Below are positions 49,625-58,788 of a stretch of 64,000 nt of DNA, in pieces. Origin of the DNA: Myxococcota bacterium. Lineage in GTDB: Bacteria; Myxococcota_A; UBA9160; UBA4427. A program made the position numbers and the translations under genes. The stretch's first letter is position 1. The number at the start of each line of letters is the position of its first letter. The notes below the pieces were generated by a model. It was not told the origin of the DNA, ran no database searches, and saw nothing but the letters and a program-made list of their open reading frames with translations. The DNA lies in the NCBI GenBank assembly GCA_965250285.1, contig OZ252299.1, forward strand, positions 3,136,001-3,200,000, in the 5' to 3' direction.

Positions 49625-50770
49625 CTACTTCTTCGAGTGCACGATCGCGCCGGCCTTCGAGCGGCTGGCGTCGTCCTGCGGCGGGGCGAAGAACCGCTCC
49701 GGGGCCTGCGACGCGTCCCCCCGTTGAATCTGCGTGTTCCGGGCGCCGCCAAAGTCGTTCAGCCCGAGCTGTTCCCGAAAATCCACCGATGCATGGAGTG
49801 ACGTGTCATCCAGGGGAATCCCGCTCAGGTCGGCCGTGCGGACCAGGCCGTTGAAGATCCCCACGATGCCCGACGCCTCGGCCACACCGGCGTCACCCAG
49901 CTCGGCCCGCACGCGCGCGCGGGCCGGGTCCATGTCGTCGCTACCGCGGGTAATGGCCTCGGCAAAGCGCAGCAGGGCCGCACCGTGCGCGACGCCCCCA
50001 TCGCCCTCGCCATCGACCGTGGCGCGCAGTTCGATGTCGACGCCTTCGTTTTCGCCGCTCTCACGGAGCAGGCCGACGTGGGAGGTCGTTCAGTAGAAGC
50101 ACTCGTTCACCGCAGAAACCCGCGCCGCGACGAGCTCGGCCTGGGCGCGCGTGAGCGGGCCGGCCCAGTCGAGGTCGTAGAACCCCCCGCTCTCCCCCGC
50201 GCTGTACATCGCCATGACGTTCTGCATGAAGAGCCGATTGGCACTCGGAACGAGCGACAGTGCACGTCCGACGTTCGGCCCCTGCCACGGCACCATCATC
50301 GGAATGTACGCGCCGGCCTCGCCCGCCTCTGCGAGGCGCTCACCCGTGGGCTCGCCGGGCTCGGGGGTGGGCAGCGGTTCGTGCCCGCGTCCGAGCGCTT
50401 CGCCGAAGGCATCGATCGCCGAGACGGTCGCGACCACCGAGCCGAGCTCGACGTACGGCGCATCACCGAGCGATTCGATCACCTGCTCGGCCCAGGCCCG
50501 GTCGATCTTGTGCGCGTCGGCCGCAATGGTGCGAGCGGCCTCGATGGCGGCGTCGCTGAGCGGCACCTCGGGGTCGGGCAGCGCGCCCCGTGCCCAGGGC
50601 GGGTCGGTGCGCGCCGCACGGGCGGCCCGAGCCTGCCGGGCGATCTCGACGCGCTCGGCCCCCGTCCAGTAGGCCCCCGCCGAGCCGATCTGCTGCCAGC
50701 TGGCACGGTGCAGATCGGCGATCAGATCTCTCACATCGAAGTGATCGCCTGCATAGTCGAATGAGCTCAT
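49625..50770 (-). CDS. AhpD/CMD-like alkylhydroperoxidase-related selenoprotein (381 aa, Sec at UGA 50090-50092)
   Basis: ORFs 50090-50770 and 49625-49933 are in frame; read-through gives ELVAARVSAVNECFY-U-TTSHVGLLR, i.e. AhpD CxxCxxxH with U as the second Cys. Confidence 0.85.
50055..50071 (-). promoter_or_regulatory. Candidate bacterial SECIS hairpin
   Basis: CUGCUC-CGUGA-GAGCGG, loop starting 25 nt after UGA with G at loop position 2. Confidence 0.6.
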
Positions 50771-50877
50771 GCTGCGCCTCCGCTGCGCTTCGCTCGAAGT
50801 GAACGCTCGTCCGGTCGCAGAGGGTAGCGCCAGCCGCGGCTACCCGAGGCCAGCTGGTGCGAACGGGCCTGCGGAGC

Positions 50878-51000
50878 TCGAGCACCAGACCAGATTCGAA
50901 CGGTCGTCCCCTGCCCACATCCGTCCGCCGCCGCACGCTGTGTCGGCGCGCTCATCCGATCTGCTCGCTCATCGCTCGCAGATCGCCCTCACGTTGGCAT
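50878..51000 (-). mobile_element. Degenerate tRNA-Gly 3'-half fragment with insert (att-like copy A)
   Basis: Collinear with copy B at a 216-bp offset; GTTCGAATC T-loop. Confidence 0.6.
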
Positions 51001-51048
51001 GCCTTAAGCGCACGGGCCTCTAGCCCAAAACCGGCTTCGAGCTCTGGA

Positions 51049-51093
51049 TACAAAAACGGCCCGCCCCACTACGTGGGACGAGCCGATTTTGTA
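51049..51093. terminator. Long bidirectional rho-independent terminator directly after the tRNA-like CCA
   Basis: TACAAAAACGGCCCGCCCCAC-TAC-GTGGGACGAGCCGATTTTGTA. Confidence 0.75.
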
Positions 51094-51216
51094 TGGAGCA
51101 CGAGACCAGATTCGAACTGGCATCCCCTTCGCACACCAGACATGCCGTTCCGGCATGTCCGGCGCGCTCATACGATCTGCTCCCTCATCGGTCGCAGATC
51201 GCCCTCAAGTTGGCAA
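51094..51216 (-). mobile_element. tRNA-Gly(GCC)-like 3'-half fragment with ~78-nt insert (att-like copy B, probable island end)
   Basis: Minus strand: TTGCCAA anticodon loop ... GCCAG-TTCGAAT-CTGGT T-arm, CTCGTGC-T-CCA; no 5' half upstream. Confidence 0.7.
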
Positions 51217-51800
51217 AGCGAAAGAAGCGTGAGGGAGGACAGACACTTACGCTCTCGAGTCGGCAGATCGCGGCAGGGGATGACACTCAGCGGCAGCAGG
51301 CACGTCACCGAACGGCTAGACGTCACCTTACTGCGACCGCCCACACCCTCTGGGAGGGTCCGATCACACTCCCGATGACACTCCCATGGACCGGAGCGAC
51401 GACGCAGCCGGCCAGGCCGATTGGCCCTTTCGACCGTTCTGTTAGGATCGATCTGATCAGATCGAGCGGGATCGGAACGGCGGAGTCCACTCGACCCGAC
51501 TGCCTGGCAGTGTCGGCGAATGCCCTCTCTCGGGATGCTCGTGCGCTCGCGGAGGCCCATCGCGACGTGTCCCGCGCATGCCGCCGCCTTGCGATCGATC
51601 TCGTGCTTGGAGGTCAGGGGCGCTGGCCGGAGCGAATCCGGTATGGCCATCGACTGCGAAAGTTCCGAGAACTCCACGTGAAGTTCTCGGGCTGACGAGC
51701 ATCGGGACTCGGTCCGCCCCCGTAACAGCTGGTTCCTTGCCACGGAACCCTGTACCGACCCGCCGGAATCGAAGACGAAGACCTGGACAGGCACGACTCT

Positions 51801-54497
51801 ATGCATCAAGAACTCCTGAGAACGAAGCTCAATCCCCCTGGTACCGGCAGCCTCCATTTCCGGCGCGAGCGCCTGGTTCGCATCCTGGAAGCGGGTGCGA
51901 GCGATCCTTTCGTGCTCGTCTCGGCGCCAGCCGGCTTCGGAAAGACGACGCTGGTCAGCGACTGGCTCTCGTCATGTGACCGGCCGCATGCCTGGCTGTC
52001 GATCGACGAGCGCGACGGCGACCTCCGGCAATTCCTCAGATACATCGTGGCGGCAGTTCGGACGGCCATTCCCGATGCCCTGCCAACGATGGCGCTGACG
52101 GTGCGAGATTCGCCGCTCCCTCCCGTCGACACGCTGTGCACGACCCTCAGCAACGAGCTCGAAGACCTCGACACACCCATCACTCTGGTGATCGACGACT
52201 TTCATCGCCTCGGGTCGTCGCCCGTGCATGAACTGATGGCCGAGATCGTCACCCGGCCACCCCGGCCGCTCCGGTTGATCCTGATCTCGCGCTTCGACCC
52301 CCCGCTTCCGCTGGCGACATTGCGGGCCCATGGATGGAACACGGAGGTCAGAGCAGAGGATCTTCGCTTCACCCGCAGCGAGTCTGCGCATCTGTTGCGC
52401 GAGCTCGCAGGGGGGGACGTGGGCGATAATGCCCTGGGCAACCTGGAGCATCAGAACGACGGCTGGGCGGCCGGGCTCCAGATGATTGCGGTCTCCCTGC
52501 GCGGCCGCGACGACGCGGATGCCTACCTGCGGAACCTCCAGATCGGGCAGAAGTTCGCCCGAGAGTTTCTGGCGCGCGAAGTGCTCGACGTACAGTCCGA
52601 AGATCTGAGAAACTGGCTGCTCAGAGCCTCCATCGCCGAGCGCTTCTGCGCACCTCTCTGCGAGGCCGTTCAGGATCCGAACGAAAACCAAGCCTCGGGG
52701 ATGAGTGGCGAGGACTTCCTCGCAACGCTCGAGGAACGCGGCTTGTTCGTCATCCCCATGGATGCGACCGGGCGATGGTATCGATTTCATCACCTCTTCC
52801 GCGACCTCTTGCGCTCAGAGCTCGCTGCGCGCTGGAACCCCGAGTCGATCACCGAGCTGCACGAGCGTGCGAGTCGCTGGTTCGCCGAGCAGGGCCTCGT
52901 CGAAGAGGCGCTGGATCACGCGCTGATGCTGGGTGACCCGGCGCTGGCGGTAGAGCTGGTCGCCGAAAACCGACACGCTGCAATGAATCAAGAGGACTGG
53001 CACCGCCTGGGTGCATGGCTCGACCGGCTGCCGGCTGGCAGCGCCACGTCGGATCCGAGGATCATGCTCGCCCGTGGCTGGCATCTCTGCCATATCCCGC
53101 GATTCGAGGAAGCCCTCTCGCTGATCGAGGATGTACGCGCGCTGCCCGCCGAAACACGGGCGTGTCACCGCGGCGTCGAGGGCGAGATCGAAGCGATGGA
53201 TGGCCTGCTCGGCTACATCGGCCAGGGCGTCTTTGGTCGGGACCGCGAGAGAGTCATCCGTCACTGCGAGAAGGCGCTGCTGCAACTCCCAGCAGACTTC
53301 GGGTGCATCCGAGGCTATGCGACCTATTTCCTTTCCTTGTCGCACGCTCTAAGCGGCCAGGGCGAGACGGCTCGCACCATTCTCTGGCGGGCAATGGAAG
53401 AGGACAGTGCGACCGGTGCCGCCTGTCAAGCTCGCGTCCGGAGCGCCCTCGCCCACGTCCTCTTCCGGGCGGGCGACTTGAGGGGGACGCTGGTCGCAGC
53501 ACAACAGCAACTCGACGTGGGGAGTACGCATGACCTCCCTGAAACAGTGCAGATGGCGCGGTCCACGTTGGGATGGTCTCACTATCTGAGGGGTGAGATC
53601 GACCAAGCCGAGGAGCACTTCAAGGCAGGCTCAGCCGCCATCGGAGCCTCGACGCCGGCTCCTCATGCCGAGAGCCACATCGGTCTCGCGCTCAGCAAAC
53701 GGGCTCGGGGAGACGGCGTCGACGCACGCGAGTCCATCGCGTCGCTCACCGCCTCGGCCATCGCGCGCGGCGCGAGCGCCTGGATCGAACACGGGCGCCT
53801 GTATCAGGCCGAGATCGCTCTTCTCGACGGACGGACAGCGGAGGCTCAGGCGCTGCTGAAAGGGATCGAGAAGCCACGCGCCTTCGGCTTCTACTACGAC
53901 GCGGAGCTGACGATCGCGAAGGCCCGCCTGGCAGATGGCGGGGAGGCTGCTCTGAGCGAAGCGGTCTCGATGCTCGAAGCGATGCGACTGCGCCTGGAGG
54001 ACAGACACGACATCATGCGCCTCGGCCCCGTGCTGGCCGTCGAGGCGCTGGTTCATCGGGCCCTGGGTGAAGAGACCGCCGCGATCTCGTTCCTCGAGGC
54101 CTCACTCGCCGCAACCGAGATCGGAGAGGCCATCCAGCCCTACCTCGACCTGGGTGCGCCCATGGCTGCGCTGATGCGAGAGCTCCCTAGCCCGGCGTGC
54201 GACTCGGAACATGCTCGCCGAATCCTCGCGGCCTCGAGCGGCGAATCAGATGGGCAGCCTGCAACTACGGAAAGACGACATCGACCTGAAGAGACCGGAC
54301 TGATCGAGCCGCTCACCAACCGGGAGCTCGATGTTCTGGAGCTCCTGGCCGAGCGATATCGCGACAAGGAGATCGCCGAGAAGCTCGTCATCTCGCCCGG
54401 TACGGTCCGATCGCACCTGAAGCGCGTCTACGGCAAGCTCGGCGTGAGCGGGCGACGAGAGGCGGTGGCTCGGGCCCAAGGCCTCGGTCTCATCTAG
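51801..54497 (+). CDS. MalT-like STAND ATPase / LuxR-HTH regulator
   Basis: LLRTKLNPP, APAGFGKTT, LVIDDFH, WYRFHHLF, C-terminal LTNRELDVL...TVRSHLKRVYGKL. Confidence 0.93.
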   Translation: MHQELLRTKLNPPGTGSLHFRRERLVRILEAGASDPFVLVSAPAGFGKTTLVSDWLSSCDRPHAWLSIDERDGDLRQFLRYIVAAVRTAIPDALPTMALTVRDSPLPPVDTLCTTLSNELEDLDTPITLVIDDFHRLGSSPVHELMAEIVTRPPRPLRLILISRFDPPLPLATLRAHGWNTEVRAEDLRFTRSESAHLLRELAGGDVGDNALGNLEHQNDGWAAGLQMIAVSLRGRDDADAYLRNLQIGQKFAREFLAREVLDVQSEDLRNWLLRASIAERFCAPLCEAVQDPNENQASGMSGEDFLATLEERGLFVIPMDATGRWYRFHHLFRDLLRSELAARWNPESITELHERASRWFAEQGLVEEALDHALMLGDPALAVELVAENRHAAMNQEDWHRLGAWLDRLPAGSATSDPRIMLARGWHLCHIPRFEEALSLIEDVRALPAETRACHRGVEGEIEAMDGLLGYIGQGVFGRDRERVIRHCEKALLQLPADFGCIRGYATYFLSLSHALSGQGETARTILWRAMEEDSATGAACQARVRSALAHVLFRAGDLRGTLVAAQQQLDVGSTHDLPETVQMARSTLGWSHYLRGEIDQAEEHFKAGSAAIGASTPAPHAESHIGLALSKRARGDGVDARESIASLTASAIARGASAWIEHGRLYQAEIALLDGRTAEAQALLKGIEKPRAFGFYYDAELTIAKARLADGGEAALSEAVSMLEAMRLRLEDRHDIMRLGPVLAVEALVHRALGEETAAISFLEASLAATEIGEAIQPYLDLGAPMAALMRELPSPACDSEHARRILAASSGESDGQPATTERRHRPEETGLIEPLTNRELDVLELLAERYRDKEIAEKLVISPGTVRSHLKRVYGKLGVSGRREAVARAQGLGLI

Positions 54498-54513
54498 CCG
54501 AGCAGAGCGCCAC

Positions 54514-55504
54514 TCAGCTCCCTCCGAGCAGCGGGTTCCCGATGAGCGAAGGGATGACCGGGATGATGTCAAACTTCATCATCGCCACCTTGCCGAACGA
54601 GTCCGGGCTGACCACGGAATACTCGAGCCCAACGTTGATCCGCACTGGGAACTCACCGAAGTTGACCGTCTTTGCGACGCTGATCCCGACCGGCACGGTC
54701 CACTGCTCTCCCTTCGGCTCATTCGCGTTGAACGTGATCGTCGGATCGAACCCGATCTGCCATCCATCCTTCAGGTTGATGTTGAAGTAGTAGAGCATGC
54801 TGAGCTGGCTCAGTTCGGACTTCTGAGTCGGATCGAAGTCGTTTCGATCCGCGACGCGAAAGTAGTACTGCGGCCAGATGAACGCCGTGAAGTGCTTCGG
54901 CGTTGTACCCGAACGTCACGGTTGGTCCGACGCCGACCTGCTGCGACCCGAGCGCGTCATTCGTCGAAGACGGGAAGGAGAAGGTCGGGCCCACTCCGAT
55001 GATCCACCGTCCCGCCGGCGGCGAGACGACGAGTGGCAGCACGATGTCGCCCAGGCCGGCTGCCGACGTGAACTCATCCTGCGCGCCTGTCGGCACGGGT
55101 GTGCTGAGCGTGATCGGAATGACCGGGCGCGTGATCAGCCGCCACTCCTTCTCGCCCTTGCCATGGAGCGGGATCGGCAGTACAGGCTCGAAGAGCAGGT
55201 TGCCGCCGTACTCTGGCCCATCCTCGGCCACGTTCCCGTTGTTGAACGTGAGCTCGAACTCCGTGAACAGCGCCCAGATGTCTGAAGTCGGGTCTGCGAG
55301 CTTGCGGGCAATGTCTCCGAGGCCGCCGTGCTCGGGGTGCTTGTACTCCTTCTTCTCCGGCTTCGCGCCTTCTTGCGCTGCGGCCGCCTCGTCTGTCGCT
55401 CCGTCGGTCTCGGCAGCTCGTGCGACGGTGGCCAGCGCGGGTAAGAACAATAGGACCATCATGAAGAATGTGATCTTGATCCGCGGCTGAGCAGCGAAGG
55501 TCAT
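54514..55504 (-). pseudogene. Outer-membrane beta-barrel/transporter-like protein, frameshifted near 54895-54900
   Basis: Signal peptide, LADPT, FEPVLP, LITRP, GLGDI, GVGPT; continues in a shifted frame as KHFTAFIWPQYYF...WTVPVG...IIPVIP. Confidence 0.75.
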
Positions 55505-55598
55505 GAGGTGATCTCCGTCAGTTGGCCCTGCCGCGTCGGGCAGTGCGGACCATTTTCGACTCACGATGTCGGAGGTCGAGGCGTCTTCAGGACGGCGA

Positions 55599-55997
55599 TC
55601 AGCCGCTGCCCTCGACGAACGCCTTGAGCCGCGTCAGAGCCGCGCCCCAATGGGTGTTGCAGTACCCCATGCTGGGGTCGCCATCCTTCCACGCGCCGTC
55701 GCTGAAGTTGACGAGCGTGCCGCCATCTACGTCGGACAGCTCGAACGTGATCTTCTTGCCGACGTCGCCAGGCCCCTCGACTCCTTCCTGGACGAGTCGC
55801 GTGTCCTCGACCATCTCGAGGGTTTTCCAGGCAAAGCTGAGATGGGGCTTGGCCTTCATCGACACGGTGGCGCCGACGGCAATTTCGCCCTCGACCCCGG
55901 CGTAGTGCCACTTCTCGAAGTCGGTCACGTTCGTGAGAGCTTCGTAGACCTTGTCTCTCGGCGCGGCGATCTTGATCGTGTGGTGAAGCGTCGTCAT
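55599..55997 (-). CDS. SRPBCC/AHSA1 ligand-binding protein
   Basis: IKIAAPRDKVYEALT, GGTLVNF, CNTHWGAALTRLKAFVE. Confidence 0.85.
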   Translation of the reverse strand: MTTLHHTIKIAAPRDKVYEALTNVTDFEKWHYAGVEGEIAVGATVSMKAKPHLSFAWKTLEMVEDTRLVQEGVEGPGDVGKKITFELSDVDGGTLVNFSDGAWKDGDPSMGYCNTHWGAALTRLKAFVEGSG

Positions 55998-56008
55998 CGT
56001 GGATCTCC

Positions 56009-56251
56009 TCACTTCTTTCGCAGCGGGGGAATCGCCGGCATCATCGGAAAGTTGTCCAGGTCGTTCGGATCCAATTTGAACGTCGGGTCGTACTTGTCCC
56101 GGTCCGTCATGTAATCGGGCTCTGTGCTGCGGAAGGTGTAGTTGCAGGTCTTGCACATGTAGACGTCCCACACGCCCTTGACAGGCGACGAGAACACGAC
56201 ATCGAGCGTCTTGGAGCCGCAGCGGGGACAGATCGTGAAGGCATTGGCCAT
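56009..56251 (-). CDS. Non-oxidative hydroxyarylic acid decarboxylase subunit D (VdcD/BsdD-like)
   Basis: CPRC, SPVKGVWDVYMCKTCNYTFRSTEP, PAIPPL. Confidence 0.9.
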   Translation of the reverse strand: MANAFTICPRCGSKTLDVVFSSPVKGVWDVYMCKTCNYTFRSTEPDYMTDRDKYDPTFKLDPNDLDNFPMMPAIPPLRKK

Positions 56252-56263
56252 GGGTCGAGTCTC

Positions 56264-57709
56264 CTACTTGCTTGCGTTCGCGAGGTTCTGAATCAAGGCT
56301 TGCACCTTCGGCAGCCACTCCTCGGCTTCGGGCGGATTGTTGATCTGCATCGCGTAATCGCCGTGATCGTCCGGCGGGGCAGGTGTCGCCGCGTCCAGGA
56401 TGATCTTGTCTGTGATGCCGACCGGATCGGACCCCGGGTCGAGTGCGAGGACCGAGTGGTTCGGCACGACCATGCAGTCGAACCTGGGGTTGAACTTCGT
56501 CGACAGTGCCCACATGACCTGCGGCAGGTTGAAGGGGTCGACATCGGCATCGACGATGATGACCACCTTCGCGTAGCCGGTGCCGTGCGGTGTCTGCAGC
56601 ACCGACATCCCGACTGTCTTGGCGAAGCCGCCAACTCTCATCTCGGTCGACACGATCACCACCAGGCCGTGGGTATAGAGCGCGTTCACGTCGACGACTT
56701 CGGGGAACGAGTCCTTGAGCTGCACGTAGAGCGCGGCACCCGTGTTGATGAACATGTAGTCGATCTCGGTCCAGGGCATTCCGATCGCGCAGTACTCGTA
56801 GATCGGATTGTTCCGGTGATAGACCTTCTTCACGTTGACCGAGCACATGAGTCGACAGCCCGAAAGATGACCCGTGAACTCGCCGTAGGGGCCGTCGGGC
56901 ATTCGGACGCGGGGCAGCACCTCGGCCTCGATCACGATCTCGCTGCCCCAAGGCACCTGCAGGCCGTTTTCCATCGTCACCACCGGGTACGGTGCGCCAT
57001 CGGCCATGGCGCTGCACATCGTGTACTCGTCCTGGTCGTACAGCAGCGGCATGCTGGCGATCAGCGGGACGATCGGCTCGTTCCCCATGGTGATATAGAT
57101 CGGTAGAGGCTCGTTTCGCTCTTCGGCGGCCTTGAAGTGCAGCGCGATGTCGTGATCCGGCACCATCTGCATGCTCAGATGGTTCGTCCCCTGGACCTGG
57201 ATCCTATACATCCCGACGTTCTGATCGTCGAAGCTGTCCATGCGGTCGGGGTGGCGAGAGACGACCGAGGACTTGTTGAGGAAGAAGCCGCCGTCCCCCG
57301 GGTTCAGACGGAAGAGCGGCAACAGCTCGAACAGATTGACGTCGTCGCCTTCGATCACGTTCTCTTGCCAGGGCGCGCTGTCCATCTCTTCGATGCTGCC
57401 TTTCTCGAAGTTCTGGTAGCGGCGGTTGAACTCGCGCGCGATGTCCTTGAGCGGAGTGTCCTTCGGCATGCCGAAGGCGAGCGCGATGTTCGGCCACGAC
57501 CCGTGCACGTTCGACACGAGCTTGGCGTCGCTCGTGTACCCCTTGATGTTGTCGAAGGCGATCGCGGGTGCCGTGTCACCGACCCCCTTGTTGTTTGCGC
57601 TCAGGATCGCGGAGATGTCGGGTTCGGGCAGAACCGGATCTGTCATGTGAATCATCTGCCCTTCCTTTTCCAGTAGCTCGAGGAATCCTCTGAAGTCCTT
57701 GTGCGCCAT
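56264..57709 (-). CDS. UbiD-family prFMN decarboxylase, subunit C (VdcC/BsdC-like)
   Basis: NVHGSW, FRLNPGDGGF, NVGMYRIQV, DGPYGEFTGH, MPWTEIDY, DVDPFNLPQVMWAL. Confidence 0.92.
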   Translation of the reverse strand: MAHKDFRGFLELLEKEGQMIHMTDPVLPEPDISAILSANNKGVGDTAPAIAFDNIKGYTSDAKLVSNVHGSWPNIALAFGMPKDTPLKDIAREFNRRYQNFEKGSIEEMDSAPWQENVIEGDDVNLFELLPLFRLNPGDGGFFLNKSSVVSRHPDRMDSFDDQNVGMYRIQVQGTNHLSMQMVPDHDIALHFKAAEERNEPLPIYITMGNEPIVPLIASMPLLYDQDEYTMCSAMADGAPYPVVTMENGLQVPWGSEIVIEAEVLPRVRMPDGPYGEFTGHLSGCRLMCSVNVKKVYHRNNPIYEYCAIGMPWTEIDYMFINTGAALYVQLKDSFPEVVDVNALYTHGLVVIVSTEMRVGGFAKTVGMSVLQTPHGTGYAKVVIIVDADVDPFNLPQVMWALSTKFNPRFDCMVVPNHSVLALDPGSDPVGITDKIILDAATPAPPDDHGDYAMQINNPPEAEEWLPKVQALIQNLANASK

Positions 57710-57803
57710 CATCTCTACTCCCACGCAGTCACTTTGGATCGCTCTCGCTGCCGAAGCCGACGTTCGGCTTTTTCGAGTCGAGAGCCTTGTTCGTCGAGAA
57801 CGC

Positions 57804-57935
57804 CTATTGGTCGTCGAATCCCCACCGAGACCAGTTGTCGAGCACCTTTTGCTTGATCGGCTCGGGGATGTGGCTCGAGCGCGAGCCGCGCACGGTTCGG
57901 GATGGAGTTCGCTTCGAGGAGATCCTCTCGGCTCG
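57804..57935 (-). pseudogene. Remnant 3' end of an Fdc-like UbiD paralog
   Basis: Encodes PEPIKQKVLDNWSRWGFDDQ*, matching the 58789 gene's PDPVRQKVLENWSRWGFAK*. Confidence 0.75.
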
Positions 57936-57936
57936 A

Positions 57937-58347
57937 TCACCCCCCACCCTGCGCCTTCCATGCCGCCTCTTCGGGGCTGCCGGGGACGGGAAGGATCTTG
58001 CCCCCCTCGATGCAATGGCTTGCATCGACTTCGCCCATCACGATTTCGATCTCGCCGGAAGCACACCCGAGGGCGTCGGCGAACGCCTTGCGGATCCCGG
58101 TCTCGATCTTGGCCTTGTCCTCGTCGGTCCTTCCCGCGCGGATCGTGGCGTTCAGGTAGGCCAGCTTTCCTTCCGGCAAATCGGGGAACCCGACCTCGGG
58201 GTCGGCCTCCTCGGAGAAGAAGGCATTCACGAACTGGCGAGGGGCTCCCGTCACATCCACATGGGTCGTGAAGATCCCCTCGGCCATTCTCGAGCGCTGA
58301 TCCTCGGTGGTCGCGCCCGGTTTGACCGTCGTCAGATAGATCGGCAT
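57937..58347 (-). CDS. Tautomerase superfamily protein (cis-CaaD-like, Pro-1)
   Basis: MPIY start, THVDVTGAPRQFV, TIRAGRT, IEGGKILP. Confidence 0.85.
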   Translation of the reverse strand: MPIYLTTVKPGATTEDQRSRMAEGIFTTHVDVTGAPRQFVNAFFSEEADPEVGFPDLPEGKLAYLNATIRAGRTDEDKAKIETGIRKAFADALGCASGEIEIVMGEVDASHCIEGGKILPVPGSPEEAAWKAQGGG

Positions 58348-58392
58348 GAGTCTCCCCTCTCGGTCCGGATCGGGTCCGGACATGTCGGCGCT

Positions 58393-58704
58393 CTAGGTCG
58401 TCACTGTGACTTCGTTCGAGTCGACCCCGGTCTTCTCGACCCACAGGTCACTGAGCGACTTCAGGAGCTTCACACGGTCGTCGTAGGCGATGTCGTTCGG
58501 GACGTCGCAGCGAATCACGGTCGTCGTGCTGGGGTTGCCGCCGGTCCAGGCGAAGCCCTGGTCGACGGACCGCCAGAAGACGGGCGTCGAGGCTGCGTCC
58601 TGACCGAACTGGTCCACCGCGATCCTCTGGATGCCTTCCACCAGCTCGTGTTTTCGCGCGTCGGCCGCCTGGCCCCCTTGGACCAGCACTCGATACTTGG
58701 TCAT
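58393..58704 (-). CDS. Tautomerase-fold protein lacking Pro-1
   Basis: MTKYRVLV...RKHELVEGI...FAWTGGNPS...LWVEKTG, two beta-alpha-beta units. Confidence 0.55.
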   Translation of the reverse strand: MTKYRVLVQGGQAADARKHELVEGIQRIAVDQFGQDAASTPVFWRSVDQGFAWTGGNPSTTTVIRCDVPNDIAYDDRVKLLKSLSDLWVEKTGVDSNEVTVTT

Positions 58705-58788
58705 CTGTGTTCTCCTTGGAGTCGGTCCGCCTTCGTGCCGAGCCACTCGTTCGAGTGACTCGGCACGCGCTACAGCGGTCGTCGAGCT

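Noticed and set aside
49625..49933. Independent 102-aa gene
   Set aside because: Better explained as the C-terminal part of the UGA read-through protein
50878..51216. Intact tRNA gene or CRISPR repeats
   Set aside because: No 5' acceptor strand or D-arm upstream of the anticodon loop; only two long copies
51093..51857. ORFs 51093-51695 (+) and 51168-51857 (-) as genes or an integrase remnant
   Set aside because: They overlap the tRNA-like element and show no recognisable motifs such as the R-H-R-Y tetrad
55599..57017. 472-aa SRPBCC fusion
   Set aside because: The upstream part is an alternate frame of ubiD and subunit D; the real start is ATG 55997 with an RBS
56264..58444. 726-aa UbiD with a long N-terminal extension
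   Set aside because: The extension overlaps the tautomerase gene in another frame; homology starts at MAHKDFR (57709)
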